A stretch of DNA of 64,000 nt from Desulfomicrobium sp. (GCA_040768745.1 JAXGMI010000002.1:32001-96000); one strand, 5' to 3'; counted from the stretch's first letter, positions 1 through 11,385 are shown. Notes: generated by a model not told the origin, from the sequence alone. Program-made: numbers and translations.

Positions 1-330
1 GACCCAGGAGGCATAGACGCCGATGCCGCCCTCGCGGAAGAGCGGGATCTCCTCGGCGATGACCGCCAGTTCCTCGGGCGAAACGCCTGCGGGACAGCTC
101 ACGTCGGCCGCCATGCCCAGCGTGTGGAAACTCTGCTCCGCGCCGCCCACCGCCTTGTTGTGCCGGTTGCAGCGAAAGCCGCTGGTGATGGACAGCGGTT
201 TGCCGATGCGGTCGCGCAACGCCTGCAGGGCGTCGACCAGGTCGGGATGGACCGCAGCCGAATGGCCGCAGCAGTTCTTGCCCTTGCAGGCGAATTCCGA
301 ACGGTTGAAATTCTTGCTGAGATCACCCAT
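1..330 (-). CDS. Peptidase M15A family protein (probable endolysin), runs off the left edge
   Basis: Manual translation from ATG at 330: MGDLSKNFNRSEFACK...LQALRDRIGKPLSITSGFRCNRHNKAVGGAEQSFHTLGMAADV, with the M15 SGxR and SxHxxGxAxD motifs. Confidence 0.85.
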   Translation of the reverse strand, partial: MGDLSKNFNRSEFACKGKNCCGHSAAVHPDLVDALQALRDRIGKPLSITSGFRCNRHNKAVGGAEQSFHTLGMAADVSCPAGVSPEELAVIAEEIPLFREGGIGVYASWV

Positions 331-1607
331 TGCCGCCTCCTTGTGTGACCGCGCCGGAATCCGCGTCGATGGTCACCATGGCTGGCGGCTCGTTTTGCGG
401 CGTGGGCGGGGCCTCCTTGTCGTTGGGTTTGCCCTGGGACTCGGCGGACTTGTCGCCCGCGCCCTTGCCGAGGGCGTTCTTCTTGAGTTTGAGTTCGCAG
501 AGATAGCCAGCGCCGCTGATGCTGTGGCGCACCGAGTGGCAGTAGTAGATGCCGGAAAACTTCCGTCCCACGCCCTTGATCTCGACGTTCTTCTTGGCGC
601 GTAGCTGGGGAATGCCGATGGTGGCGGCGTCCGCCTCGACCTGGCGCAGCTCGGCCTCGCGGAATTTGCCTTCGGCGCTGTCCTGGGCGGGCTCCTGGCG
701 CGGCTCTTCGTGAAAGCCTTCGGAACGGTCGAAGCTGGGCACGATCTGCCCCGTCTCCTGTTCCTTGAAGCTGCCTTCGCCGGTGTTGCCGTCGACCAGA
801 TAGGTCTGCTTGCCCAGGGCCGTCCGCTCGGGCGTGGTGGCGTTGTTGGCCTTGTGCTCGACCACGTCCTTCTTGCGCGGGTCGACGCCGACCGTCTTGG
901 TCTCGACACCCGCGCCCTTGGCTCCCTGGGGATTGGGTGCTGGGGCGGAACGAGCGCAACAGGCCCTTGGTGTCGGTGAAATATTCGAGGGTCAGAAGCG
1001 GCGTCTGGTCGAGCTCGCGGGGATGGAAATGGAGTTCGTCGTCCTGGACGTAGAAGACATAGCCGCTCACACCGTCGCCATCGCGGTCGCGGGCCTTTTC
1101 CGCCATCTCCTTGAGGAACTGGGCGTCCGAGATGTTGCTCTGAGTGACGCGGAGATGGTTGCCTTTGGTGGCCGTAACCACCGGCGTGAGGCCGTTGGCG
1201 GCGGCGATCTGCTCGGCGATTTCCGAATAGAGGATGCCGGGAGCGGGTTTCTGCCAGACCTTTTGGTTTTCCTTGCCCGCGAGTTTGAAGCCCTTGTCGT
1301 AGGCCTTGATGCGGATGGTCGGGTCGCCGTTTTCCGGAAAATCGTAATCGATGTCCTTGATGACCGCCTTCTTACGCGGAGAGAGGTTCCCCACGTAGCC
1401 GAAGCGGGCCACGATCTCATTACCTTCCTGGAACAGAGGATCATCGACGAACTGCAGGTTGCGGTCGGTCACCGACAGTTCGAGGATATCCAGCTCCTCC
1501 TCGTTGTCGGTGAAGACGAACGAGGTGATCTCCTGGGTGATGTCCTTCGAGAGGGCTTGCCCCTCGATCTGAATCAGAAATGTCGGCTTGAAGGTATCCA
1601 GATCCAT
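323..1607 (-). CDS. Phage late control D / gp27-like baseplate hub (frameshift near 930)
   Basis: N-terminal part from ORF 99..1607 (QSNISDAQFLKEMAEK, GYVFYVQDDELHF) joins ORF 323..865 (GVGRKFSGIYYCHSVRHSI). Confidence 0.75.
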
Positions 1608-1637
1608 GCGTCTCTCCGGCGGTTCGCAGTTCCCTGC

Positions 1638-1668
1638 TTACTTACCGGAAGGCATGGCGAGGTGTCGG
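1638..1668 (-). promoter_or_regulatory. Phage promoter motif copy upstream of the late control D gene
   Basis: Plus strand TTACTTACCGG-N14-TGTCGG, intergenic. Confidence 0.75.
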
Positions 1669-1673
1669 AAACC

Positions 1674-1964
1674 TCAGTCGAGCAGGCGCATTTGAACATG
1701 TTCGCGGGAGGGAATGCGCAGCGCCAGGCCCGGCTCGAGTTCCAGCGGAAAGAAGATGTCGTTGTAGTCGCAGATGATCCACCAGAGCCGGACATCGCCC
1801 AGATAGCGGTGCGCGAGCAGATCCAGGCGGTCGCCTTCGACCACGGTGTGCAGGCGGTCGTCGTATCTGGGGGTGGTGTCGATGCGCTGGCGCATGCCGA
1901 GGGAGGTGCCGTCGCTGTCTCGGTAGAGAATGCTGCGGGCGTAGCGGGAATCACGGCCGATCAT
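1674..1964 (-). CDS. LysM / tail X-like baseplate protein
   Basis: MIGRDSRY...HTVVEGDRLDLLAHRYLGDVRLWWIICDYN...LRIP. Confidence 0.8.
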   Translation of the reverse strand: MIGRDSRYARSILYRDSDGTSLGMRQRIDTTPRYDDRLHTVVEGDRLDLLAHRYLGDVRLWWIICDYNDIFFPLELEPGLALRIPSREHVQMRLLD

Positions 1965-2429
1965 GAGCGCACCTCCGACCAGTTGATGGAACGGTCCACG
2001 TATTCCTCGAGGACAATATCCACCTCGGCCCGTTGCGGCAGCAGGTTGTCCCGGTCGAACAGGCCGAAGAAACGCGCCTTCACCTGCCGGACGATGCAGG
2101 TCACGCCGGGTAGAGATCGCCGAAATGAGCAGCACGCGGTGCGGCGCGTTCTTGAGCATGGTTCCGGCGTGTTCCGGATATTGCAGCGAGCGGAGCCAGT
2201 CGACCTTCTGTTTGACCGGCCCCTTGAACAGCTCGACCTTGAAGGCGATCCGGCGCGGTTCCCCGGCGACGTACTGGTAGCGCGGGTGGCTCATGCCGGG
2301 GATCTTGATCGTCGCGTAGTCGGTCGACTTCTCGTCGCTGATGGAGTTGGGGTTGTACTGGAATTCGAGCCGCTCCCCCGTGTCGGCGTCCACCAGATAT
2401 CCCTTGATGGGCTGTTGATCCCAGGCCAT
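1961..2429 (-). CDS. Contractile injection system tube-initiator-like protein (frameshift near 2120)
   Basis: LEFQYNPNSISDEKSTDYATIKIPGMSHPRYQYVAGEPR; position before the LysM gene. Confidence 0.7.
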
Positions 2430-2432
2430 TGC

Positions 2433-2744
2433 TTACACCTCGGCGATCTCGAGGATCGGCTTGCCCAGTTGTCCGGCCCGGTCGAGTTCCCGCCGCATGC
2501 CGCTGGAAATGCCGTTGCCGGTGAACGCCCACACCTCGTCGCAACATTCCATGTAGGCCAGGCCGCAGGCGATGCCCGTCTCCCGCTGCTCGGGAACGCT
2601 GTCATCGGTGAAGGTCGGATACAGCAGATGCGGCGCGAACGGCGCGTGACCGCTTCTCATGACCTGGCGGCAAAGCGCCTCGGCGACCTTCACGTTTCGG
2701 GCTATGTCGCCCGCGAACGGGCTGCAGACAAAGATGCGTTTCAT
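2433..2744 (-). CDS. DUF4406 / nucleoside 2-deoxyribosyltransferase-like protein
   Basis: KRIFVCSPFAGD...APFAPHLLY...CDEVWAF...SSGMRRE motifs. Confidence 0.7.
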   Translation of the reverse strand: MKRIFVCSPFAGDIARNVKVAEALCRQVMRSGHAPFAPHLLYPTFTDDSVPEQRETGIACGLAYMECCDEVWAFTGNGISSGMRRELDRAGQLGKPILEIAEV

Positions 2745-2752
2745 CGGTCCTC

Positions 2753-5700
2753 TCAAAGGGTTTCGTAGTTTCTGATCTTCCGCTCCCGAAGATCCTTGTA
2801 GACGGCCTCGGCCACCTTCCGGCCATCGATGTTGGTGGTCACGCTCAGTTCCACCGGGCGGTCGGCCAGGCCATCGAGGCGCGAGAGCAGCGATTCCAGC
2901 AGTTCGCGCAGCCCCGGACCGGCTTCCTCTCCGCGCATGGGTGTCGCGGGAGCGGTGCGGGCCGGAGCGATCAACCGTTCGGAAGGCACCGTCTCGGCGA
3001 GTCCGATTGCAGGGGCTTCGCTATCGGAGTCGGCGCGGCCGTCTTGGGCCGCTCGATCCCGGCCGGAGCCAGAGAGGCATCTCCGTTTTCCAGTGCCGGT
3101 TCCACCGCGAACGGCTGGATATAGCTCTTACTTACCGGCTCGACGGCCGCCGCGACGGTCTGCACGTGCCGTTCATCGGTTGCGGAGGCGGCGCGGCCGT
3201 GGCCATGACCGGCTGGAGCATCAGCATGGCGCTCAGGGCCTTGGGCACCAGGCGCTCGTCCAGACGCGGCACGAGACTCAGCACGCTTTCGATGATGCGT
3301 TGCCCAATCGATTCGGCGGGCGGCGCGGTCCGAGCGGTTGCTTCTGCTCGGCCACCTGCGGAATCGGGGTCTGGACTCCCAGCATGGCGCGAGCGGAGGA
3401 GAGCAAACCGTTGGCGATCCCGGCGCTGCGATCCTTGATCGCCTGAATGCCCGCGCTCGCGCCGCTGGAAAGCCTCTGCCAGAGGGATTGCCCCTCGGCA
3501 CCGGCGTTGGCAAAGATTCGACCGACAGCCCCGGGGACGGCCGACAGCGTGGCAACGATCCGGTCGCGGACATTGACGGCTCCCGTGGCCAGCGCGTCCC
3601 AGGCATTGACCTGGGGCGGCTTGAGCGCCAGCTCGGGCGTGTCGCCAAACAGGGATTGTTTGAGACCGCCGAAGATGGCACCGGCCTTGGCCGCGACGGT
3701 TTGAGCCCCGGAGGTCAACCCATCCCAGAGTTTTCCAGCCATCCGGAAGGGAGCCGAGGCGGCGTCCATGAGGTTTCCGCCCGCCGTCTTGATCTGCTGC
3801 CAGGCTCCCGCAGCGGCCGAGAGAATCCCGCGAGCGGCGAAGCCGAACACTTTCGCGGGCAGCGACTGGGTAAGGCTCATGCCGTCGGCGAGGGTCTTGA
3901 GCAGCGCGGAGCCGGAGGCGGTCAGGCTGGCGAGTGGTCCCTCGCGGGCATCGGAGAACGGCAGCAGATTGCGCAGCTTGCCCAGGGCGTTCTTGAGCAT
4001 GGTGAAGGGATAGGTCACCGCCGACCAGATCCCTTCGCCCAGGGTGATCAGCAGCTTCTTGCCCGCCTCGAAAAGGTGGTGTCCCCGGCGAAGAAGGAGC
4101 GCACGGTGGCAAACAGATCCCGCAGGGTGCTGATGATCGGCAGATTCAGAATCGCCTGGCCGATCTGTCCGGCGGCGTCGGCCACCAGGCGTCCGATGGA
4201 GGTGAAGATCCCGGAAATGAAATTCCAGACACCGACCACCACATCCCGCGCCCAGCGGAACGGGGTGGCAAGAAAATCGTAGACCGCGCCGCCGATGGCC
4301 TTGAGACCGTCCAGCAGGGAGATGTCGCCGGTCAGCACCTGCCAGACCGCATAGACGATCTTCCCGGCGGCCACGAAGGCCTCGCCGATCATGCGCACGG
4401 GCAACAGGAACTTGTAGATGAACTTGGCCGCTCCGACCAGGGACCCGACGATGACCTTGCCGACCCAGACCACGCTGCGCACCACCACCGCCAGGGCTCG
4501 GACGATGAGCGACAGGTTCCAGGCCACGATCTTCAGCGCGAATGCCAGCCCCTGCAGAAGCACACCGGCGACGGTGCCGATAACCGTGCCGAAGGTGCGC
4601 CAGGACGACCCATCGGTGGCGCTGGCGGCCACGCCGAAGATCTCCACCACCGAAAAGACCGCGCTGGCCAGCGCCGCATAGGCGCTCATCAGGGTGCGGA
4701 CGGTCGGTTCGAGGATGGCGCGGATGCGGCCAAAGGCATGGGAAAACGCGCCCCACAATCCGGCCAGGGCCTCACGAACGCGGTAATAGGCCTTGAAGAC
4801 GGTGACCACGAAGCCCAGCAGTCCGGCGGATTCGAGCTTCTGGGCCAGTTCGGCCGACATCTGCCCGACGCCGCCGCTGAGCGAGCCCACCAGCTCTCTG
4901 ATCCCCCGGAAGACCAGCGAGACCTTGTTCCAGGCCCCGGTGATGACTCCTGGATGCCGCCGAAGTTGGTTTCCCAGGCGCGTTTGAGCAGATACACCGA
5001 GAGGATCACGCCCGCGATGATCGCGGTGACGGGCAGAAAATAGGTCGCGACCGCCGAACCCACCCCGGCGAGCGCGGCGCTGATGGCCACGAACCCGGCC
5101 TTGATGGCGGGAAGCATGAGTCCCACCATGCCCACGGCGGCGGTGACGGCTCCGGCCACGACCAGAATGGTGCCGAGGGCCATGGACAGTCCCAGGACCA
5201 CCCGGGTCACGCCCGGCATCGATTTGGCCATGCGTTGCAGGAACAGAATGAAGCGGGAGACGCCGTTGATCACCGGCGTGACCACCGGCAGCAGAGTGCG
5301 ACCCAGGATTTCGCTGAGGTTGGCCATCTGCTGGCGCAGGAGCAGGAACCGGGCTCCGATGTCCTGGTTCATGGCGTCGGCCATCTGTTCGGTGACCGCC
5401 GTGCCGGTCTTCATGGCCCGGCCCACCGACTGGATATTGCCTTCGAGGCTCTCCATGCCCGCCGACATCTGCAGCAGGAACTTGACCGCCTCGTCGGAGC
5501 CGAAGGCCTTCTTCAGCTTCACCTGGGCGGCGGCGTTGGAGAGATCGGGGAACTGGCGCTTGATCTCCTGCAGGATGGGAACCACGCCCTTGAGACGGCC
5601 GCTGGTGTCGGTGAAGGACAGGCCAAGCTCGTCACCGGCCTCGGCCGCCTTCATGATGAACGCCTTGTACAGCGTGCCCGCCTCGGAGCCGGGCATGGTG

Positions 5701-6382
5701 GTCTGGAGCTGGCCGAGCACGGCGAGCTGCTCGTTCAGCGGAATGTTGCTCGCGGCCGCCACCGCGCCGATGTTCTTGATGGCGTCGGCCATCTGGGTGC
5801 CGTTGGTCTTGAACGAGGCCACGGTCTGCGCCATGGCTCCGGAAAAGGCGGTCGCCCATTCCATGTCGTTCATGTCGGCCATGATGGGCTTGAAGATCCC
5901 GTAGGCCGTGGTGAAGGTGCCGACCATCTCCTGGGTGGTGGCCTTGGTCGCCTTGGCGGTCATGGCGGCCATGGAGGTGAAGACGCCCACCGCCTCGTCG
6001 CTGAGGTTGGACAGGGCCGATTTCACGTCGTAGGTGGCGGTGATGAACGCGGCCTTGTCGGCACCGGACCACTGGTTGGTGAAGGATTCTGCGGCGTCCT
6101 CGATGGCCCGGAGGTCCTGCACGCCGAGGGACGCCAGCTCGCCCAGGGCTTCTGGGTCGCGGCGGTGGAGGCGACCAGGGCGGCGGGCACCGCCATCAGG
6201 GCCAGTCCCGCCCCCAGCATCATGGTGCCTTGCTGGATGCGGTCCAGGTTGCGGGTCATCCGCTCGCTGGCATCCGCCACGGTGGAATCGAGGTCCATCA
6301 TGGAGCCACGGATGCGCTGCGCGTTCTGCGAGAACGCATCCTTCATCGATACCACTATGCCCAGTCCGAGATCGCCGTTCAT
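2753..6382 (-). CDS. Tail tape measure protein (about 6 frameshifts)
   Basis: Concatenated ORFs 6023..6382, 4689..6122, 4048..4890, 3278..4756 and others; Ala/Gly-rich TP901-type core (GSEAGTLYKAF), hydrophobic repeats, C-terminal NIDGRKVAEAV. Confidence 0.85.
3128..3158 (-). promoter_or_regulatory. Phage promoter motif copy inside the tape measure gene
   Basis: TTACTTACCGG-N14-CGACGG. Confidence 0.5.
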
Positions 6383-7201
6383 CTATCGCCGTTCCGTTTG
6401 CTCACGTTCAAAATCAAGCTGCCGCTCGAGGGCCTCGACGAACTGACGCCGGACCCTGAGCGGCAGCGAGCGGGTTTCCGACCAGCCCCAGTGCAGTCCG
6501 CCGTAAGCGAGAAAGAATGCGTCGCTTACAAGCGAACTCCGGGGAACAAAAAAGCCGGTTCGGCCTCCAGACGGGTGCGGATCTTGGTGCCGCAGCCATC
6601 GCATTCGGTCTCGACCGAGGTGTCGATTCCCGCGTCGACCCGCGACATCTCCTGCCGCAGCGCGTTGCGGTCGCGCATCGACATTTCCGCCAGGCTCTTC
6701 TTGGAGGGGCCTTGCCGTCGATGTCGAGGATGCGGATGAGCATGGCCGAGCTGATGTTGGGCTCGCGCAGGCTGGCCAGGCGCTTTTCCTTGTGGCCGTC
6801 GAGATATCCGAAGCGCACGGTTTTCTTCGAGCCGGGCAGCTTGAAGGCGAACTCCGCTCCTCGCCGTAGGGGGTGACCTTGAGATCCTCGAGATTGATGG
6901 TCACGAAGTTGGTCATGCGGCAGGCGCTGTTCGGGCAGCTCAGCTCCAGCTCCACCTCGTCGCCGAGGGAAATCTGGCGCAGGCGGACCAGGGCGAACAG
7001 CCGGTCACCCGAGAGCAGGTTCATCACCTCGGAAAGATCGGGATCGGTCTTCTCGCCCAGCCGGACGAAACAGTTGCGGAGCACCTGGTTGATCGCCTCT
7101 CCGGAGCGGATCAGGCGCTGGTTGGTGAGCAGTTCTTCCTCGGCCCCGGTCATTTCCCGGAGCTCGAGTTCAGTGCCGCTTGGCAGTTCAAAGCTGTACA
7201 T
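6383..7201 (-). CDS. Tail assembly chaperone / T4 gp26-like protein (in-frame stop at 6526) with a -1 frame extension resembling DUF6760
   Basis: LREMTGAEEELL...GDRLFALVRLRQISLG..CP..C; two probable error frameshifts near 6860 and 6710; slippery T TTT TTG at 6553-6547. Confidence 0.7.
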   Translation of the reverse strand: MYSFELPSGTELELREMTGAEEELLTNQRLIRSGEAINQVLRNCFVRLGEKTDPDLSEVMNLLSGDRLFALVRLRQISLGDEVELELSCPNSACRMTNFVTINLEDLKVTPYGEERSSPSSCPARRKPCASDISTATRKSAWPACASPTSARPCSSASSTSTARPLQEEPGGNVDARPQRAAAGDVAGRRGNRHLGRDRMRWLRHQDPHPSGGRTGFFVPRSSLVSDAFFLAYGGLHWGWSETRSLPLRVRRQFVEALERQLDFEREQTERR

Positions 7202-7216
7202 GGTCGATCCTCCGGT

Positions 7217-7678
7217 TTAGGTCCAGTATTGGAAGCAGATGGTGAGCTTCTCGATGGTGTTCTCGGTGTTGCCGCCCTCGAGCTCGTCGTATTCGAGCGC
7301 CTTCACCCAGGCCCCGTGCAGGGTCCAGCGGCGGGTCTCGTTGCCGGTGCGGTCGTAGCGGACAACGTCGATGTCGCGCATGTAGTCGGCCGGAAGGCCG
7401 CCGGTGACGGCGTTCACGTCCACCTGTTTCTTGATCCATTCGCGGGCCGCCTCGTCGGAGCCGTCCTGCAGGTTGCCTTTCTCGAGGGTGATGTCCTCGA
7501 ACTTGACCCGGCCCGCCACCTTCTGGTCGAACATCGAACCGGCCGGGGCAAAGGCCACTTCCTCGAATTCGGTTTTGGGCTCCTGTCCCTTGTGGAACAG
7601 GGCCACGTCGAAGCCGTTTACCTCGATGGCGAACTGCCAGTTCTGGTAAAGGCTCTTGGGCATGTTTCCGCTTCTCAT
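7217..7678 (-). CDS. Tail tube protein (T4 gp19-like)
   Basis: KVAGRVKFEDITLEKG...WTLHGAWVK..EL...IEKLTI. Confidence 0.9.
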   Translation of the reverse strand: MRSGNMPKSLYQNWQFAIEVNGFDVALFHKGQEPKTEFEEVAFAPAGSMFDQKVAGRVKFEDITLEKGNLQDGSDEAAREWIKKQVDVNAVTGGLPADYMRDIDVVRYDRTGNETRRWTLHGAWVKALEYDELEGGNTENTIEKLTICFQYWT

Positions 7679-7693
7679 AGCCGTGTTCTCCCG

Positions 7694-9222
7694 TTAGATG
7701 ATTTCTTTGAAGTCCGCGCCGGTGCTGGTCAGGATGAAGTTCAGCTCGATGAACTCCGCCGTCTTGGTCGGCTTGACGAACACGCGGGCCACCATTTCGT
7801 TGCGGTCGATGACCGCCGGGGTGTTGGTCTCCTCGTCGCACTGGAAGGCGAAGTCGTAGAGGCCGCCCTTGTCCTTGATGTCCTGCAGGAAGGGTTGATC
7901 AGGCGGCCGAGGGCACGCCAGGTCTGGGGATGGTTCGGCTCGAACACCACGAAGCGGGAGGATTCCGAGATGGCTTCCTCCATGAACATCATCAGGCGGC
8001 GGACGTTGATGCGGTCCACGGCCGAGGGCTGGCTCTGCAGCGTCTTCTGGCCCCAGATGTTGATGCCGGTGTCGGGGAACACGGCGATGACGTTGACCCC
8101 TTCCGGATAGAGCACATCGCGCTCGCCACGGCTGGTCTTGTAGGCCAGGGAGAGCGTGTTGAAGATGCGGCCACGGTCGATACCGGCGGGCGCGTTCCAG
8201 ACGTTGGTCTTCTGGTCGCTGCGGGCGATGCAGCCCGCCACCGCGCCGCAGGGCGGCACCAGCTTCTTGCGCGAGTTGACCGGATCGCTGATCTCCAGCC
8301 AGGGGTAGTAGAGCGCCGCGTAGGAGGAGTTGAAGGCCGCGTGGCTGTACATCCCTTGTCCCTTGCGGAAGTCGACCGCTTCGAGCGGCTCCAGATGCAT
8401 GGGCGTGTCGGCGATGAACAGCAGATCCTTGCGCCCCTCGGCATAGGCGATTCCGGCGTTGATCACCGGCACCGTGGTGACGCCGGGGACCATCAGCAGG
8501 TTCAGGGCGTCGATCTCGTCAAAGCCATAGAGGCCGGTATGCTGCGAGGGATCGCCGATGAAATCGGCATCGGCCAGATCGGTCAGCCCGTTGTCGCCGC
8601 CGCTGAGCGTGAACACGCCCAATGCCGGACGGTCGCCGGGCGTTCCCGATTGCTGCGGCCAGATCCTGGACCAGGATGAAATCCGAGCGGTCGTTGATCG
8701 CCAGCTCCACATGGTTCGGCAGCGTCTCGTCCATGCTCAGATCCTTGAACACCTCGACCACATCGCCTTTGTGCCGGACCACCAGGTTGAAATGGTTGGC
8801 CGGGTCGAGGAGCCGTCCTCGATGGAGACGGAGAGCCGGTCGCCCCAGACGCCTTCGTTCACGGCCTCGATCCGCAGGGCGTCGGCGGGCGTCGCCTCCC
8901 GGTTCTGCAGCACGATGGAAGATTTGAGCGCCGTCAGGGTGTCCCGGTCGGTGGAGTCGGTGAGATGGGCGATGCGGGTGACGTAGAGGACCGAGCCGCC
9001 GTTGTCGAAAAACGCCCGTGCGGCGTAGGCCAGATAGCTCTCGTTGATATAGGAGCCGAAACGGTTGATGAACTGCTCCCAGCTCGTCACCAGCACGGGC
9101 TTGTTGATCGGGCCTTTCTCGGCCACCCCGACCATGGCGGCCGACGAGGTCGAGATCTGCTTCACATAGAAACTGAAGTCCGTTTCCCGGGTGTAAATCC
9201 CGGGCGATAGATAGGTCGGCAT
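7694..9222 (-). CDS. Contractile tail sheath protein (frameshifted)
   Basis: MPTYLSPGIYTRE, FFDNGG, YAALYYPW, PPCGAVAG, WNAPAG, IWGQKTL, INVRRL, VFEPN. Confidence 0.93.
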
Positions 9223-9224
9223 GG

Positions 9225-9482
9225 TTATTTCCTCCGCTTGCTGGTGGTCTTGGCCTCATCGGCTGCGGCGTCATCGGTTGCCGTGGGCTTTTCCGGCTCC
9301 GGTTCCGCGCCGCCGGTCAGGTCGGTGATGCGCACCAGGCCGCGTTTTCCGGCGGTCTTGATCTCGGCGGAGAGGTCCTTGCGGGCGATGCTCTTGCGTT
9401 CTCGCGGCCCGAGGTGAAGGGTTCCCTGGCCGGAGAGGTTGAACGTCAGGGGTTGGAACTGCAGGTTTCTGATCTCGATCAC
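9225..9482 (-). CDS. Hypothetical phage protein
   Basis: 85 aa ORF with RBS, in tail operon. Confidence 0.6.
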   Translation of the reverse strand: MIEIRNLQFQPLTFNLSGQGTLHLGPRERKSIARKDLSAEIKTAGKRGLVRITDLTGGAEPEPEKPTATDDAAADEAKTTSKRRK

Positions 9483-9494
9483 GGTTGTTCTCCT

Positions 9495-10043
9495 TTACGG
9501 TTGAATGGTTCGTTGCTCTGTCACGTCGCCGTGAAACTGGAAGGTCCGGTCCCGGATCAGCCGACCGTCGCGCAGGTCGCCGTCGTACACCGGGCAGGAT
9601 TCGATGCGGATGCGTCCGGAGCTTTGCCGGAGGTTGGAGAGGTTCACCCGGGCCAGGCCGCCCAGAGGAACCAGTTCGGTAAGGTTCAGGCTGCCCTGGT
9701 CGGCGATGGCGATCTCCGGGTAAAGCTGGAGGAACCGCGACACCGATTCGTGAAAACCGAGCAGTTCGGCCTCCCGGTCCACGGTCACCACCAGGTCGAA
9801 ATCGAGGTGATAGAGACGGGGAAACCGGCACTCCTCGAAACTCAGCTCCGCGACATTCTTCTCGAACAGGCGGCTCTGGCTGCGGCGGAAACGGTCTTCC
9901 GCCAGCTTCGGCCCCTGGAGGATGACGCTGGGGGTGCGCTGGACCTCGAACAGGTCATCCGGGAACACCAGCACGGTGTCCGGGTGGATGGCCTGCTTGG
10001 CCAGGCGGATCAGGGTTTCTGTGACGGTCTGTATCGTGCTCAA
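9495..10043 (-). CDS. Tail terminator / Pvc16-like protein
   Basis: Position just upstream of the sheath; PRLYHLDFDLVVTV motif. Confidence 0.55.
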   Translation of the reverse strand: MSTIQTVTETLIRLAKQAIHPDTVLVFPDDLFEVQRTPSVILQGPKLAEDRFRRSQSRLFEKNVAELSFEECRFPRLYHLDFDLVVTVDREAELLGFHESVSRFLQLYPEIAIADQGSLNLTELVPLGGLARVNLSNLRQSSGRIRIESCPVYDGDLRDGRLIRDRTFQFHGDVTEQRTIQP

Positions 10044-10067
10044 GGGACGCCTCCGTTTTCTGCCTGG

Positions 10068-10098
10068 TTACTTACCGGAAGCGCTGGCGATGTGTCGG
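10068..10098 (-). promoter_or_regulatory. Phage promoter motif copy upstream of the tail operon
   Basis: TTACTTACCGG-N14-TGTCGG, intergenic. Confidence 0.75.
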
Positions 10099-10102
10099 AG
10101 GC

Positions 10103-10587
10103 TCAAAGCGCGGAGCGGATCGCCTCGCGATAGTTCTGGAGGATCTGCTCGCGGTACTTCTCCATCACCGGATGCAGAAAGGGTCTGGCGGGGATGATGA
10201 TGGTCGCGCCGTTCGGATGTTTGATGGTGGCCCCGTACTCCATGACGGCACCGATGTTCACCATGTCTTCCCGTCCTTGTTGACGGTGCCGCGCAGCAGG
10301 CCGACGAACGCCTTGTCGGCCATGATCTTCTGGGTGATGGCGTTGACGAGAAAGCCGGTGTCGATGAGCGCCTTGCTGGAGCCTTTGCGCTCGATGGTGC
10401 TCTCGGCGAGTTTCACGAAGGCCTGTCCGCCCGGGGCCTGGGAGCGAATCCCCCGCTGGATCTCGCGCACCAGAAAAAGGGCGTTGCGGATCGTGGCCTG
10501 ACGCAGGGCCGTGGCCAGGCGCGGCCCCATGCCGGTGGTCAGCTTGGCGCGGGCCTTGTCCCAGTCACCGGTCCGCCTAACGCCCAT
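10103..10587 (-). CDS. Neck / virion morphogenesis protein (frameshift near 10270)
   Basis: LAESTIERKGSSKALIDTG; continuation in another frame MEYGATI...IPARPFL. Confidence 0.7.
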
Positions 10588-10936
10588 TGAGCTTCACCAG
10601 TTGCAGGTTCTTGTGAGTGACGGTGCCGAAGAAGTGTTCTTCTTCCACACTCTGTATGCGATAGGTTTCCCTGTCTGCGGCCAGGCGGTCTTCACCCCGG
10701 ACATCGGCATCCGGAAGGACACAGGCGAGCGCGTCGATCTTGCCGCTCAGCTCCTCCGGCGGGGTTTCGTTCAGTTCGAGGGGGATGACGGAGATTTCCG
10801 TGTATTCGGCATCGTCGGTGCCGTAGAGCCGCTCGCCGGGAACCACGCGCAGGACGCGTGCGGTCTGGCCCGAGGAGAGGATCAGCCGGGCGACGTCGGC
10901 CACGGCTTCGGCGCGTTCCCGGTCATTCAACAACAT
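10577..10936 (-). CDS. Probable head-closure protein
   Basis: 119 aa ORF; synteny in the neck module. Confidence 0.5.
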   Translation of the reverse strand: MLLNDRERAEAVADVARLILSSGQTARVLRVVPGERLYGTDDAEYTEISVIPLELNETPPEELSGKIDALACVLPDADVRGEDRLAADRETYRIQSVEEEHFFGTVTHKNLQLVKLNGR

Positions 10937-11385
10937 CGAGATCGATCCCTTGTTCGTAGATGACCGGTAAGGCCGCTCGGGGTCAGGATGTAGGCTTCCT
11001 GATCGAGCTGGGTGGCCGGACGCAGCTCGGTGAGCCGCTGCCGGTAGTCGGCGAGCAGATCGGCCTCGAGCTTGGCCCAGTGGCCGGGCTGGCCGGTTTT
11101 GTCCACCCGCTTGTCGCCGCTGGAAAAGGAGAAGGCGTTGGCGGTGGCCGAACGCATGACCTGGCAGGCGTGGATCTGCGCCATGATCACCAGGAGCTCG
11201 CGGACCTCGCCGGTGGGATCGGGGGTGATCTCTCCGGCCGTGACCGTCAGCGATTGGTCGAGGTCACGGCCGACCCGGAAAACGGCCTTCCGGACGCATC
11301 TCTCCAGAGTCTGGTCCTCGAAGAGAGATGCGCCCGGATCGGACAGGTCGAGCCGCAGGTCGGCGATCAGGTCACTCAGCAGCAC
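10923..11385 (-). CDS. Probable head-tail adaptor (frameshift near the 3' end)
   Basis: Helical N-terminus LIADLRLDLSD, FSFSSGDKRVDK; synteny. Confidence 0.55.

Noticed and set aside
323..10043. Stand-alone eCIS or tailocin
   Set aside because: Capsid, portal, terminase and replication genes are contiguous and share the same promoter motif
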